DNA of 64,000 nt from an uncultured Acidobacteriota bacterium. GTDB taxonomy: Bacteria; Acidobacteriota; Thermoanaerobaculia; Multivoradales; JAHEKO01. This document shows positions 9,565 through 18,016 of this stretch, one piece after another. The notes below the pieces were generated by a model. That model saw only the letters and a list, made by a program, of their open reading frames with translations. It did not search any database and was not told the DNA's origin. The stretch's first letter is position 1, and each line of letters begins with the position of its first letter. The position numbers were made by a program, and so were the translations under genes. Location: positions 96,001-160,000 of the forward strand of contig CAVQNG010000003.1 in NCBI GenBank assembly GCA_963713825.1, written 5' to 3'.

Positions 9565-11256
9565 AGTTTGAAAATGCGGTGACAGGTACCTCATTTCTGT
9601 GCATTCGGGCGCGCAGTCAGCCCGTCCACCCGGCGCTCTGAGCGCTCCAAGTCCCTGAATGGCGAGCTGGGTAGAGGAGTCGGTGCGAGTCGAGCGCAAC
9701 ACCTTGGCGAAGAAGTTGGTGAGCCAGCCGGCGCGATCGGCTCGGATCACAAAGCTGTGGTTGTCGACACGCTCGACGCTGACCACCCCGTTTAGCGAGG
9801 AGAGCACGCGGGTGTCAATCTCACGACTCGTATGGAATTGCAGGATCGTCGGCGGGTAGAAGGTGTAGTAGAGCCCGGGAGTGTTCAGAATCAAAACATG
9901 ATCGGGTTGCTGTTCCTCGACCCAAACCGCAGCGGCCGCGACGTTTTCGCGCAAGTTCTCACCGCTGGGCACGTACATGAATGGGTAGGCGAGCGAGAGA
10001 ACGATTCCTGGCATTACAACAAGGAGCAGCACGGACCATCCGGCGATGCGGGACAACGTCGAAGCTCGCGGCAAATCAGGAATCACCCTGCGTGCCAGAG
10101 GACCGATCTGAACTAGCAGCAAGGCGAGAAGGATGCTCGACACGAGTGACGGGAGATACACTGCGCGCTCACTGGCGTCGGTACCCAGCTGCGGCAGCAG
10201 GGTCCCAAGGTAGACGAGCAACGACCACACCACCAGAGTGTGCTTGCGTATCGTCCAAAGGGCAACGAGCCAGAGAGCAAAAAGAATCGCTCCGGCGGCG
10301 GCCAGCAGCGGAATTGTCTCGGGCATGAAGAGGGCGAGGCTGGGGGGCACCGGGGTGAGCGTTGCCATCCAGGTGACGGGCAGGTGCATCAACAGGTGAA
10401 AGAGAAAGCGCACGGGATCGGCAAAGGGATCCACATACATGGCGCTGCTGACCGTGCCGAAACCGAGCGATCGATAGGCCCCCAGATAGGCGACGATCAC
10501 CAGAAGAGCGGGTGCCCAGGAAGGCCAATCCCCCAAGAATCGGGCCAGCGATGAACGCAATCGAGGAACCGTAAGGCGTTCTACCGTCCGACTCCGACCT
10601 TCCGGCATGAGCAGGGTCATCAGGATGATTGCCAACGGGATGACGACGGCGCTTTCTTTCGACAGCATGGCAGCGACCGTGGAGACGAGCGTGATCACGA
10701 GCATCACGGGTCGTCTCGTGCGCAACCAGGCGGCATGGGTCACCAGAGCCAAGGTTGCGAACACGTTGCAGATCACGTCGGTCATGGTGGCGATCCAACC
10801 CACCACCATGCTGTGATCCTCACAGGCGAGAAAAACGATCCCTGCCAAGAGTCCGATGCCGGGACGACCCGTCAATCCGCGCACCAACAGGAGGAGCAGC
10901 ACGGCGACGAGTCCATGTGCGGCGACGGATAGCAGGTGGAGAGGCAATGCCGACTCGCCGAAGAGCCGAATCGAGCCCTCGAAGAGAAGTGACGGCAGCG
11001 GGCGCCAGAAGCCGCCCATGTCGTATTCACCTTCGAACCACCAGATCCGCGAGAGATCCGGCATATCCTCGAAGGCCCAGAGTCCGAGCCAGCGGGAGAA
11101 GGGTGCCGGATCCTCTCTCAGCGTGTTGAGGAAGAAGAACTCGTCGGCCTGGAAACCGGCAGTCAGGTAGAGGCCGTTGAAGACGAAGGAAAGCAGCAGC
11201 AGCGAGGCGATTGCCAGCCCGGTCCGCCTGAGCCGCTCTGGATCCACGTCGGCCAC
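9217..11256 (-). CDS. Polytopic GT-C-like (ArnT/PMT/TMTC-type) membrane glycosyltransferase; the last ~140 codons are probably read-through after truncation near 9660
   Basis: GFQADEF acidic loop, FWRPLPSL, SKESAV, ERAVYLPS, about 12 TM helices; the tail runs through the REP hairpin and antisense over the 9177-9564 remnant. Confidence 0.6.
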   Translation of the reverse strand: MADVDPERLRRTGLAIASLLLLSFVFNGLYLTAGFQADEFFFLNTLREDPAPFSRWLGLWAFEDMPDLSRIWWFEGEYDMGGFWRPLPSLLFEGSIRLFGESALPLHLLSVAAHGLVAVLLLLLVRGLTGRPGIGLLAGIVFLACEDHSMVVGWIATMTDVICNVFATLALVTHAAWLRTRRPVMLVITLVSTVAAMLSKESAVVIPLAIILMTLLMPEGRSRTVERLTVPRLRSSLARFLGDWPSWAPALLVIVAYLGAYRSLGFGTVSSAMYVDPFADPVRFLFHLLMHLPVTWMATLTPVPPSLALFMPETIPLLAAAGAILFALWLVALWTIRKHTLVVWSLLVYLGTLLPQLGTDASERAVYLPSLVSSILLALLLVQIGPLARRVIPDLPRASTLSRIAGWSVLLLVVMPGIVLSLAYPFMYVPSGENLRENVAAAAVWVEEQQPDHVLILNTPGLYYTFYPPTILQFHTSREIDTRVLSSLNGVVSVERVDNHSFVIRADRAGWLTNFFAKVLRSTRTDSSTQLAIQGLGALRAPGGRADCAPECTEMRYLSPHFQTLVLLNLDVGAVRLVEVGVDLIHQLGHRLPAALGEIGERIANTFRRLLGSRWIRRPDLLVGRGHAHADLFRCKILGSRVIDGELFQCLDRRGSSLRSPLTDQTKPDEVPDTDGDSR
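9570..9597. repeat. REP-like 28-bp hairpin, copy 1
   Basis: GAAAATGCGGTGACAGGTACCTCATTTC; 27/28 identical to 38558-38585. Confidence 0.75.
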
Positions 11257-11359
11257 CTCACGGTGTCGGCACCAGCGATGAGTCGCAGTGCCGACCCGTT
11301 CATTCTAGCGGTGTTGTGTGTCGTGGGTACGGTCCCGGGCGAGAATCTTGGCGTACTGG

Positions 11360-12217
11360 CTACGGCACAACGCCCGACCACCATCTCGTGTCACCGAATT
11401 CGAGATCGTCGAAGAACACGGTGCAATCCTGGGCGAAAAAAGTGGGCTCTGGATTCCCCTCGAAGAGGCCGTCGTGACCGTTGCCGCTGTCGTCAGTGGC
11501 GTCGCCCATGTTGAAGCTGTAGTAGGCCAGCAGGCCGGGTTCGTCACCGTACAGGGGGCAGTCCATGTCGCCTGCGATTGTCGCCGCGTCCCGGGCGTGG
11601 TCCCAAATCCGCACCTCGTCGATGATGCCGTCGAATCGATAGACGAACCCGCCGGTGAAGTTCACTGCTCCTATTAACACGTCTTCGTTTCCATAGTCGA
11701 TCACGGGCGAATCCGCATGGACAATGTTGTCCAGCTGACCATTGATGAAGATCCGCAGCCAGGTCCCGTCAAAGGTCATGGCCACGTGGGCCGAAGTGCC
11801 CATGGGTATCGTGCCGACGGACCACAGGCTCGTTCCGGACACGTAAACCTCAGAGGTTATGCCCACCAGGATCTTGCCGCTGTCGGCACCCGTGGTGGGG
11901 GGAGCCCACCACATGGACCAGGATCCGGCGTGAGCGCCGCCCGCATCCTCGCGGGCTTTGGCGATGATCGGCGCTCCAGGATTGTGAGTCTGCGAATAAC
12001 CGTTCCCGAGAGGGTGGATCCACGCCTCGATGGTTAAGGTCTGCGGCTCGAGGCCGTCGTCATCGGCGATGCGCACCCAGCTGTAATCCACATCACTGGC
12101 GTTTGACAGGTCGATGCCCAGAGGCGCGCCGCCGAATCCTCCGTCCCCAGCCTCGAGGGGACCGCCGGCAATTCCAATCAGAGACACCAACGTGAGTACA
12201 TAGAAGATTGGCTTCAC
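11360..12217 (-). CDS. Secreted LamG-like (concanavalin A) jelly-roll domain protein with C-terminal FFDDLEFGDTRWWS tail
   Basis: GTG 12217 after GAGGAGG; signal peptide; TIEAWI, HVAMTFDG...IFINGQL, FDGIIDEVRIWD. Confidence 0.8.
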   Translation of the reverse strand: MKPIFYVLTLVSLIGIAGGPLEAGDGGFGGAPLGIDLSNASDVDYSWVRIADDDGLEPQTLTIEAWIHPLGNGYSQTHNPGAPIIAKAREDAGGAHAGSWSMWWAPPTTGADSGKILVGITSEVYVSGTSLWSVGTIPMGTSAHVAMTFDGTWLRIFINGQLDNIVHADSPVIDYGNEDVLIGAVNFTGGFVYRFDGIIDEVRIWDHARDAATIAGDMDCPLYGDEPGLLAYYSFNMGDATDDSGNGHDGLFEGNPEPTFFAQDCTVFFDDLEFGDTRWWSGVVP

Positions 12218-12555
12218 AGGAACCTCCTCTACGTGTTTGTCGTTTTGCAGGCGGAACTGCAGCACACTTGCCCAAATTACCATGGAATTGCAAACAGGTG
12301 TTCCACGAAAGGAGCGTTCACGATTGGTGCCGTCAGTGGTGGGGGGGCGAGAGCGATCGTCAGTTCGGATTCGAGATAGAGCTTCCATTCTCCGTTAGAA
12401 AGAACAGATGAGTCTTCCGGCCGCCTTCGCGCGTGCTTCTGCGAGGATCTCCAGCGCTTCGGAAGGTGAATGGCCAAGGACCTGGGATCAGCGGCCGGCA
12501 ATTTTCGAGGAGCACTGTCTGACAGATCTGCGACCTCAGCGAACGCATCGCCTCG

Positions 12556-13173
12556 TCAATCCGGTCTGAAAAAGCTCCATGTCGTCAGCTCAGGCGCCAC
12601 GACCGCCTTGCCGACAACCTGGTAGCCCAGATACTCATAGAGCGAGACGTTGGCCGGATCCTCTGTGGTGAGCGTAACCCCCTCGGATTCAGCGTCGTCG
12701 AGGGAGAGCAGGTGGACATGCTCGATCAGCCGGCGCCCATGCCCCTCACCCTGAGCTCTGCGGCGCACGCCGATCATGTTGAGGTGGATGTGGGGGACCG
12801 CGACCTGGAACGGAGCGCTGGCGGCACCGAACGCTTCGTACCGGCCACGCGCTGAAGCGCCCAGCTCTGCCCACACCTTCTCTCGCAGGTGGCCCAACTC
12901 CGGCGGGGCCTCTGGCCCTTTGGGGCGCGAAACAAGCGCTGCGGCGGCGAGTCCCTTGTCGTCTCCGATGCCGAGAAGGACCTCCTTCCGGAGGACTCGG
13001 GCCATGACGAAGAAGTGAATGAGAGTCTGGAGCTGATTCTGGTAGTGCCGCAGGGCAGGACGCAGAACGAAACGCATGGCCGGATAGTCGAAGAAGGACT
13101 CGCAAAGCACGCCCACCACCTCTCCGACACCTTCTTCGCCCAGCTCGACAGCATTTCCGCCCACTTCACCCAT
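12556..13173 (-). CDS. GNAT-family N-acetyltransferase (start could extend to 13233)
   Basis: HLNMIGVRRRAQGEGHGRRL acetyl-CoA motif A; NVSLYEYLGY. Confidence 0.85.
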   Translation of the reverse strand: MGEVGGNAVELGEEGVGEVVGVLCESFFDYPAMRFVLRPALRHYQNQLQTLIHFFVMARVLRKEVLLGIGDDKGLAAAALVSRPKGPEAPPELGHLREKVWAELGASARGRYEAFGAASAPFQVAVPHIHLNMIGVRRRAQGEGHGRRLIEHVHLLSLDDAESEGVTLTTEDPANVSLYEYLGYQVVGKAVVAPELTTWSFFRPD

Positions 13174-13248
13174 GGATTTCTCTACTCCTCCCATGCCACC
13201 TTTGCAGTCCGCAACCCGGACGAGCTCAGTCAAATGCTGGCGTCGGCG

Positions 13249-13668
13249 TCAGCCTCGCTTGGGGAGCGCCTTTGCGAGGATGAGCACGAGGAAACCAACC
13301 GTCGCGGTCGTCGGCTGCATCCAAGAGACGTATCCGATGATGACCAATTGTACCGCCAGCCAAACGAACAGGATCGCAACAGCACCGAAGGCTGCCGGGC
13401 GGGCGAACCGACGCCTTAGGAAGACGGCAATCGCCGCAACAAGAGAGGAGCCGCCCACAACTAAGAACAGGATGAGACTCGGGATGAAGTAGTCGCTGAA
13501 AGGCGTCCCACTGAGCCATTCAACCGGCACGCCCTCCGCCCCGGACATACCGTAGAAACCCCCAGCAAAGGCGTTCAAGGCAACGAAGACAAGCAGCGCT
13601 CCCAAGACATAGCGGATCAGGTTGTGGCGTGACTTGCGCTGGCGATCGCTCATACCAGGCTCATCCAT
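13249..13668 (-). CDS. Hypothetical 4-TM membrane protein
   Basis: LNAFAGG...WLSGTPFSDYFIPSLILFLVVGG pattern; four hydrophobic helices. Confidence 0.75.
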   Translation of the reverse strand: MDEPGMSDRQRKSRHNLIRYVLGALLVFVALNAFAGGFYGMSGAEGVPVEWLSGTPFSDYFIPSLILFLVVGGSSLVAAIAVFLRRRFARPAAFGAVAILFVWLAVQLVIIGYVSWMQPTTATVGFLVLILAKALPKRG

Positions 13669-13717
13669 TCAAAAGAGACCCGCAGCATGAGTAGCCGAGG
13701 GCTGCTGCAACGCGTTG

Positions 13718-14188
13718 TCAGGCCTCTTTTCGCTTGATCCCTGACACATGCGACGCAACCGCTCGCCAAGTGCCATCTCGTTTGATCAGAACGTTGGTCG
13801 ACTGGTACTCGAGAGTGTAGGGCCCTTGCTCATCGGTGCCAGAGACGAGGCCTCTCCCGGCGACGATGGCAGAGCCGTTCTCGAAGATGTCCAGGCGAAT
13901 GATCTCGAAGACGAGCGAATCGTAGGAAGGAGGATTCGAGCGCACCCACTCCAATTCGTCTGCTTTGGTGGACCAGTTTCCTTCGGCGTCCACCATCTGG
14001 AACTCGTCCGCAAGGAGCGAATCGAGTAGCGCTACATCCTGCTCGGCATAGGCCCGTGGCCAGAGCACTTCTTTGATTTCGCGAAGGGCAGCTTCATCGG
14101 AGGGCTCTTCCGCCCCGAAAGAACCTGCCACAGGGACCATCAGGAGCATGGCGATCAGCACGGCGGTGCGGTAGCGAGTGGCTATCAT
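13718..14188 (-). CDS. Exported DUF4440 / NTF2-like protein
   Basis: Signal peptide after GGAG RBS; DVALLDSLLADEF...TNVLIKRDGTWRAVASH. Confidence 0.8.
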   Translation of the reverse strand: MIATRYRTAVLIAMLLMVPVAGSFGAEEPSDEAALREIKEVLWPRAYAEQDVALLDSLLADEFQMVDAEGNWSTKADELEWVRSNPPSYDSLVFEIIRLDIFENGSAIVAGRGLVSGTDEQGPYTLEYQSTNVLIKRDGTWRAVASHVSGIKRKEA

Positions 14189-14332
14189 TCTGTTCTCCGA
14201 ATGCAATTGTACTCTCCCAATGGAAGCTGCCTGCTGCGGCAAGGTCTCCGGGGATCTCGACACACCCAGCTGATGCTCTAGAAGTTCCAATCCATTCCCC
14301 TAGCTGCGGCGTAGGCTCCTGAAAACACGGTC

Positions 14333-15670
14333 ATGAAGACTCTCGTCCAAACTCTGCTTCAGCCGATCTCCCCTGAGCGCCGCCGTGTCAGCTCCGGGCG
14401 ATTCCAGGATCTGCCGGACTCTCTGAAGACGCCTGAACAGATTATCGGCTTCGCTCATCACTCGTGTGGTGCAACACACGGCGTGCTGGAGCGCTGTGAC
14501 TTCGCCTGTACCAGTTGCTATCTGGGCGAGGAGGCCAACGCTGCAGAGCCTCTGCCCAGGGAGGAGGTCTTTCAGCAACTCGATCAGCTGCGCGAGTTCT
14601 TGGGTCCGCAGGGTAAGGCACAAATCACCGCGGGAGAGGTCACTCTGCTTCCCCGTGAAGTGCTGGGAGAGTATGTGCGCTATGCGATCGACATCGGACT
14701 CGATCCGATGGTCATGACGCACGGTCGCCGCTTCCTCCAGGAGCCGGAATATCTACAGCGGCTGATCGAAGAAGACGGTCTGGAGAAGATCTCTATCCAT
14801 GTCGACGCCACGCAACGGGGGCGGGAGGAGTGGAGTCCCTTTGTCACAGAAGGACAGCTCAACCCGGTCAGAGATCGGTATGCGAATCTGATTCGCCACA
14901 TGCGGGCCAAGACGGGTCGAAAGCTCCACGCCGCCCACACCGTCACGGTCACCCAGAAGAACCTCGATCAGATACCGACTATCATGCGCTGGCTCGTTCG
15001 CAATCTCGATGCCTTCAGGATGGTGAGCTTTCAACCCGTGGCCGAAGTAGGGAGAACCGAGGATCAAGCCAGTGCTGACTTGACGCTGACCGATGTCTGG
15101 GAACACATTGGCACGGCTCTCGGAAAGCCCCTCAACCGGGACGCCATGCACTTTGGGCATCCCGAATGCCACATCATGATCCCCGTGGTCGTGGTTCGCG
15201 TCGGCGAGGAGCTCTGCGTTCTGGAAACGGTCCGAGCCGGAAAGAGCTGGGACCGTTCCTACCTACGGAACCTGCTTCGAGCGGTCGGTGGCTATACGGT
15301 TCGCGGCAAGAGCCGGGGCGAGAACCTCCTGGGAATCGCCTCGCTGACCCTTCACAACCCGCTTCTACTCCTCGAGACGCTCTTCTACGGCTTGTACCGC
15401 ATATGGGGTGATCGACGAGATCTGGCCCGGATCCTCCTGCAAGCCATTCGAAGACGTACCATGAGCGTCCGCCCCCTCGCTCTCGTGGTCCACAAGTTCA
15501 TGAGCTCAGGGGAGCTCGAGACACCCCTGGGGCGGGAACGTCTTCAGGCGTGCACTTTTCGAGTTCCCGTGGAGGGTAGGATGATCCCGATGTGTGAGCT
15601 CAACGCGACGGGCCTGCGATCGAAGCTGTACCCGGCAGCCCGTCCCAGAAAGGTGGTTGGGGAATCATGA
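14333..15670 (+). CDS. Radical SAM protein of unknown function
   Basis: CDFACTSC (CxxxCxxC), TAGEVT, C-terminal RLQACTF...GRMIPMCELN. Confidence 0.85.
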   Translation: MKTLVQTLLQPISPERRRVSSGRFQDLPDSLKTPEQIIGFAHHSCGATHGVLERCDFACTSCYLGEEANAAEPLPREEVFQQLDQLREFLGPQGKAQITAGEVTLLPREVLGEYVRYAIDIGLDPMVMTHGRRFLQEPEYLQRLIEEDGLEKISIHVDATQRGREEWSPFVTEGQLNPVRDRYANLIRHMRAKTGRKLHAAHTVTVTQKNLDQIPTIMRWLVRNLDAFRMVSFQPVAEVGRTEDQASADLTLTDVWEHIGTALGKPLNRDAMHFGHPECHIMIPVVVVRVGEELCVLETVRAGKSWDRSYLRNLLRAVGGYTVRGKSRGENLLGIASLTLHNPLLLLETLFYGLYRIWGDRRDLARILLQAIRRRTMSVRPLALVVHKFMSSGELETPLGRERLQACTFRVPVEGRMIPMCELNATGLRSKLYPAARPRKVVGES

Positions 15671-16461
15671 CAACGGCATCCATTCGCTTTCGCCTCGTGC
15701 TATCGATCCTCTGCGCTATCGTGGTCGGGTCGATGTCGATCTCCGCCAGAGCCGCTGATTTCTCCTACGACGACTGGAACGTTGTCCTGAAGAAGTACGT
15801 CGACGACAATGGCTTGGTCGACTACCAGGGCCTGGCAGCGGACCGCCAGGCGCTCGACCGGTTCATCAGCCAGATCGAGACCACCGGCCCCAAGAGCGAC
15901 CCTGAGGCCTTCCCGACTCGGGAGCATCGGCTCGCTTACTACATCAATGCCTACAACGCCCAGGTGTTCAAGGGCGTCCTGAGTCTGTCACCTGATACCA
16001 AGACGGTCTGGGGATTCACCGGTACAGGCCTCGGCTTTTTTGTTCGCATGAAGGTGACCGTCGATGGCGAGACGATGAGCCTAAAGTCCCTGGAGGACGA
16101 CATCATTCGCGATGGATTCAAAGACCCCCGGATCCACGCCGCCCTCAACTGCGCCTCGGTGGGGTGTCCGAAGTTACCCGCCGAGGCTTTTGTGGCCAAG
16201 CGACTCGACGAGCAGCTCGACGCCGAGATGACGAAGTTCGTCAACGAGGAGCGCAACTGCAAGATCGACGCGGCGGCGGGGACTGCAACCCTATCGAAGA
16301 TCTTCGACTGGTTCCGAGAGGACTTCGAAGAGTATGAAGCGGCACACGGGGGCGGTGGTCTGCGGGAGTACATCAATCGCTACCGCCCCGCCGACGCCCA
16401 GCTCAACGCCGAGCTCAGGCTGGAGTTCTCCAAGTACGACAAGAGCCTGAATCGGCAGTAA
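15667..16461 (+). CDS. Exported DUF547 protein
   Basis: Signal peptide, GLVDY, LAYYINAYNA, DPRIHAALNCASVGCP, LSKIFDWF; ATGA overlap with the radical SAM gene. Confidence 0.88.
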   Translation: MTTASIRFRLVLSILCAIVVGSMSISARAADFSYDDWNVVLKKYVDDNGLVDYQGLAADRQALDRFISQIETTGPKSDPEAFPTREHRLAYYINAYNAQVFKGVLSLSPDTKTVWGFTGTGLGFFVRMKVTVDGETMSLKSLEDDIIRDGFKDPRIHAALNCASVGCPKLPAEAFVAKRLDEQLDAEMTKFVNEERNCKIDAAAGTATLSKIFDWFREDFEEYEAAHGGGGLREYINRYRPADAQLNAELRLEFSKYDKSLNRQ

Positions 16462-16465
16462 GCGA

Positions 16466-17908
16466 CTACCCCGTGGCTTCTGCGACCTCGATTCGTTTCT
16501 TCTTGTCGACCCGCGCGTAGTCGTAGAGTCCGGCCTCGTCGAAGATGACGCGATCTTCGTAGTCGTCGAACCAGATGGCGTCCGGATTGCGACCGACGAT
16601 GCAGACCTTGCCGCGGTCGGGGGCGTCCAGTGCGTTGCGGAGGATCTTGAAGATCACCACACCGTTCTCGGTTCCAGGAATGCCGGGAATCGGCTCGTTC
16701 GTGACAGCGGCCACTTCGGTCTTGCCCTTGTAGTGCGTGATCGACAAGCGGGCATGCGTTTCCACGCCGGACAGCCCCTTCTGGGACTCGTTCAGGGTCT
16801 GCCACACGGTCTCGATCGGGACGTTGAAGGCTCGATAGGCCACGATGTCCCTGCCGCAGAAGAAGTAATGGTTGCCGACGCCGACCCGAAACAGGGCTCG
16901 TTGCATGACTCTGAGCGCTTCCGAGTCAGCGTTGACCCCCTTGATGATCGGCGCTTGGTTTTCGATCTGGATCCAACCCCGGGAGGTGAGCGCCTTCATG
17001 GCCCGCCAGGTGTCCTCGTGGAACCTGAGCGAACCGTTCGGATTGGTCAGGTAGGCACCATCAGGCCCCTTTTGCAGGAACTCGTCCGGGTGGTTGAAGT
17101 GGATCATCAACCGGAAACCGACATCCGGGTAGGTCTGGTGGAAGTTGTCCAGCATCGAGAGGAAAGCCTCGTCGAATCGCTTCGGATGGAAAGCCAGCTC
17201 CTTGGTGCCCAGTCGGATCGCTTCCACTCCGGCTTCCGCGAGAGAGGCTAGCCACTCGCCGATTTTCCGGTTGGGTAGCACCATCGGATCGCCGCCGGAC
17301 AACAGGACCTCGCGGAGCTTCTCGCGGCCCGTCTTCGGGTGCCTCCCACCGTTGGCGGCTACGATCTCGTTGTGGGCCCGCACGTAGTCGGTGACAGCTT
17401 TGATCTTCGCCAGCCCCTTCTTGGCAACGGTGCCGTCCTGGCGCTCGATCTCCTTCTGGCTGATCAATTCCTCGCGGTAGCAGAACCGGCAGTGTGCCGA
17501 GCAGGTGGAGACGACATAAAGCAGGCCCATCTCGTACTTGTGCAGCATTCCCTCCACCGGAGCGAAATCCATCTGGTAGCCGGGGTCCTCGGAGCCGGCC
17601 AGATTGAGCGTCTCGTCCGGACTGGCCTTGACGATCCTCTGTACCGCCTTGCTGTTCTTGGCAATCTCGAAATAGTGCCGGGTGATTTTCACCGGCATGC
17701 GCTCCTCCACGTCCCGTGCCGTTCCGTGAACGCGAGACAGTGCGGCAATTTCCTCCGGAGAGTAGAAGCTCTTCATGTCCTCCGGCGCCTTGTCCTCGTA
17801 GAAGGGCTTCAAGCCGATGATGATCTGACGGTCGTACTTGGGGTTCTCGATCGTGTCCAGGAACGCTTGTTCGCGCTGCGTCGGAACGTAGTTGTCGTCG
17901 GTTGCCAT
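16466..17908 (-). CDS. KamA-family radical SAM/PLP 2,3-aminomutase, substrate probably not lysine
   Basis: HKY, CSAHCRFCYR, LLSGGDP, IRLGTK, HFNHPDE, NQAPIIKGVN and GKTEV (PLP lysine) match the lysine 2,3-aminomutase scaffold. Confidence 0.85.
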   Translation of the reverse strand: MATDDNYVPTQREQAFLDTIENPKYDRQIIIGLKPFYEDKAPEDMKSFYSPEEIAALSRVHGTARDVEERMPVKITRHYFEIAKNSKAVQRIVKASPDETLNLAGSEDPGYQMDFAPVEGMLHKYEMGLLYVVSTCSAHCRFCYREELISQKEIERQDGTVAKKGLAKIKAVTDYVRAHNEIVAANGGRHPKTGREKLREVLLSGGDPMVLPNRKIGEWLASLAEAGVEAIRLGTKELAFHPKRFDEAFLSMLDNFHQTYPDVGFRLMIHFNHPDEFLQKGPDGAYLTNPNGSLRFHEDTWRAMKALTSRGWIQIENQAPIIKGVNADSEALRVMQRALFRVGVGNHYFFCGRDIVAYRAFNVPIETVWQTLNESQKGLSGVETHARLSITHYKGKTEVAAVTNEPIPGIPGTENGVVIFKILRNALDAPDRGKVCIVGRNPDAIWFDDYEDRVIFDEAGLYDYARVDKKKRIEVAEATG

Positions 17909-17940
17909 TTCACACCTCTTCTTTGGCTGTCGCTATCGGG

Positions 17941-17969
17941 ATGCCATCTTTCGGAGTTGCTGATGTCAA
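17941..17969 (-). promoter_or_regulatory. Candidate sigma70 promoter for the aminomutase gene
   Basis: Minus strand TTGACA (17969-17964) - 17 bp - TGGCAT (17946-17941). Confidence 0.5.
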
Positions 17970-17976
17970 TCCGTAC

Positions 17977-18016
17977 TGTAACACAATGTACTCTTGACTT
18001 GTGGTAATGTAACACA
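17977..18016. promoter_or_regulatory. Candidate operator: TGTAACACA direct repeat
   Basis: TGTAACACA at 17977-17985 and 18008-18016 (31-bp period) in the divergent intergenic region next to the RpiR gene. Confidence 0.45.

Noticed and set aside
14333-15670. Calling it tetraether synthase (Tes)
   Set aside because: The N-terminal metal-binding Cys motifs of Tes are missing; only the C-terminal resemblance is seen.
16466-17908. Annotation as epmB or lysine-fermentation kamA
   Set aside because: No efp/epmA or kamDE/kdd neighbours, and the lysine-binding aspartates appear absent.
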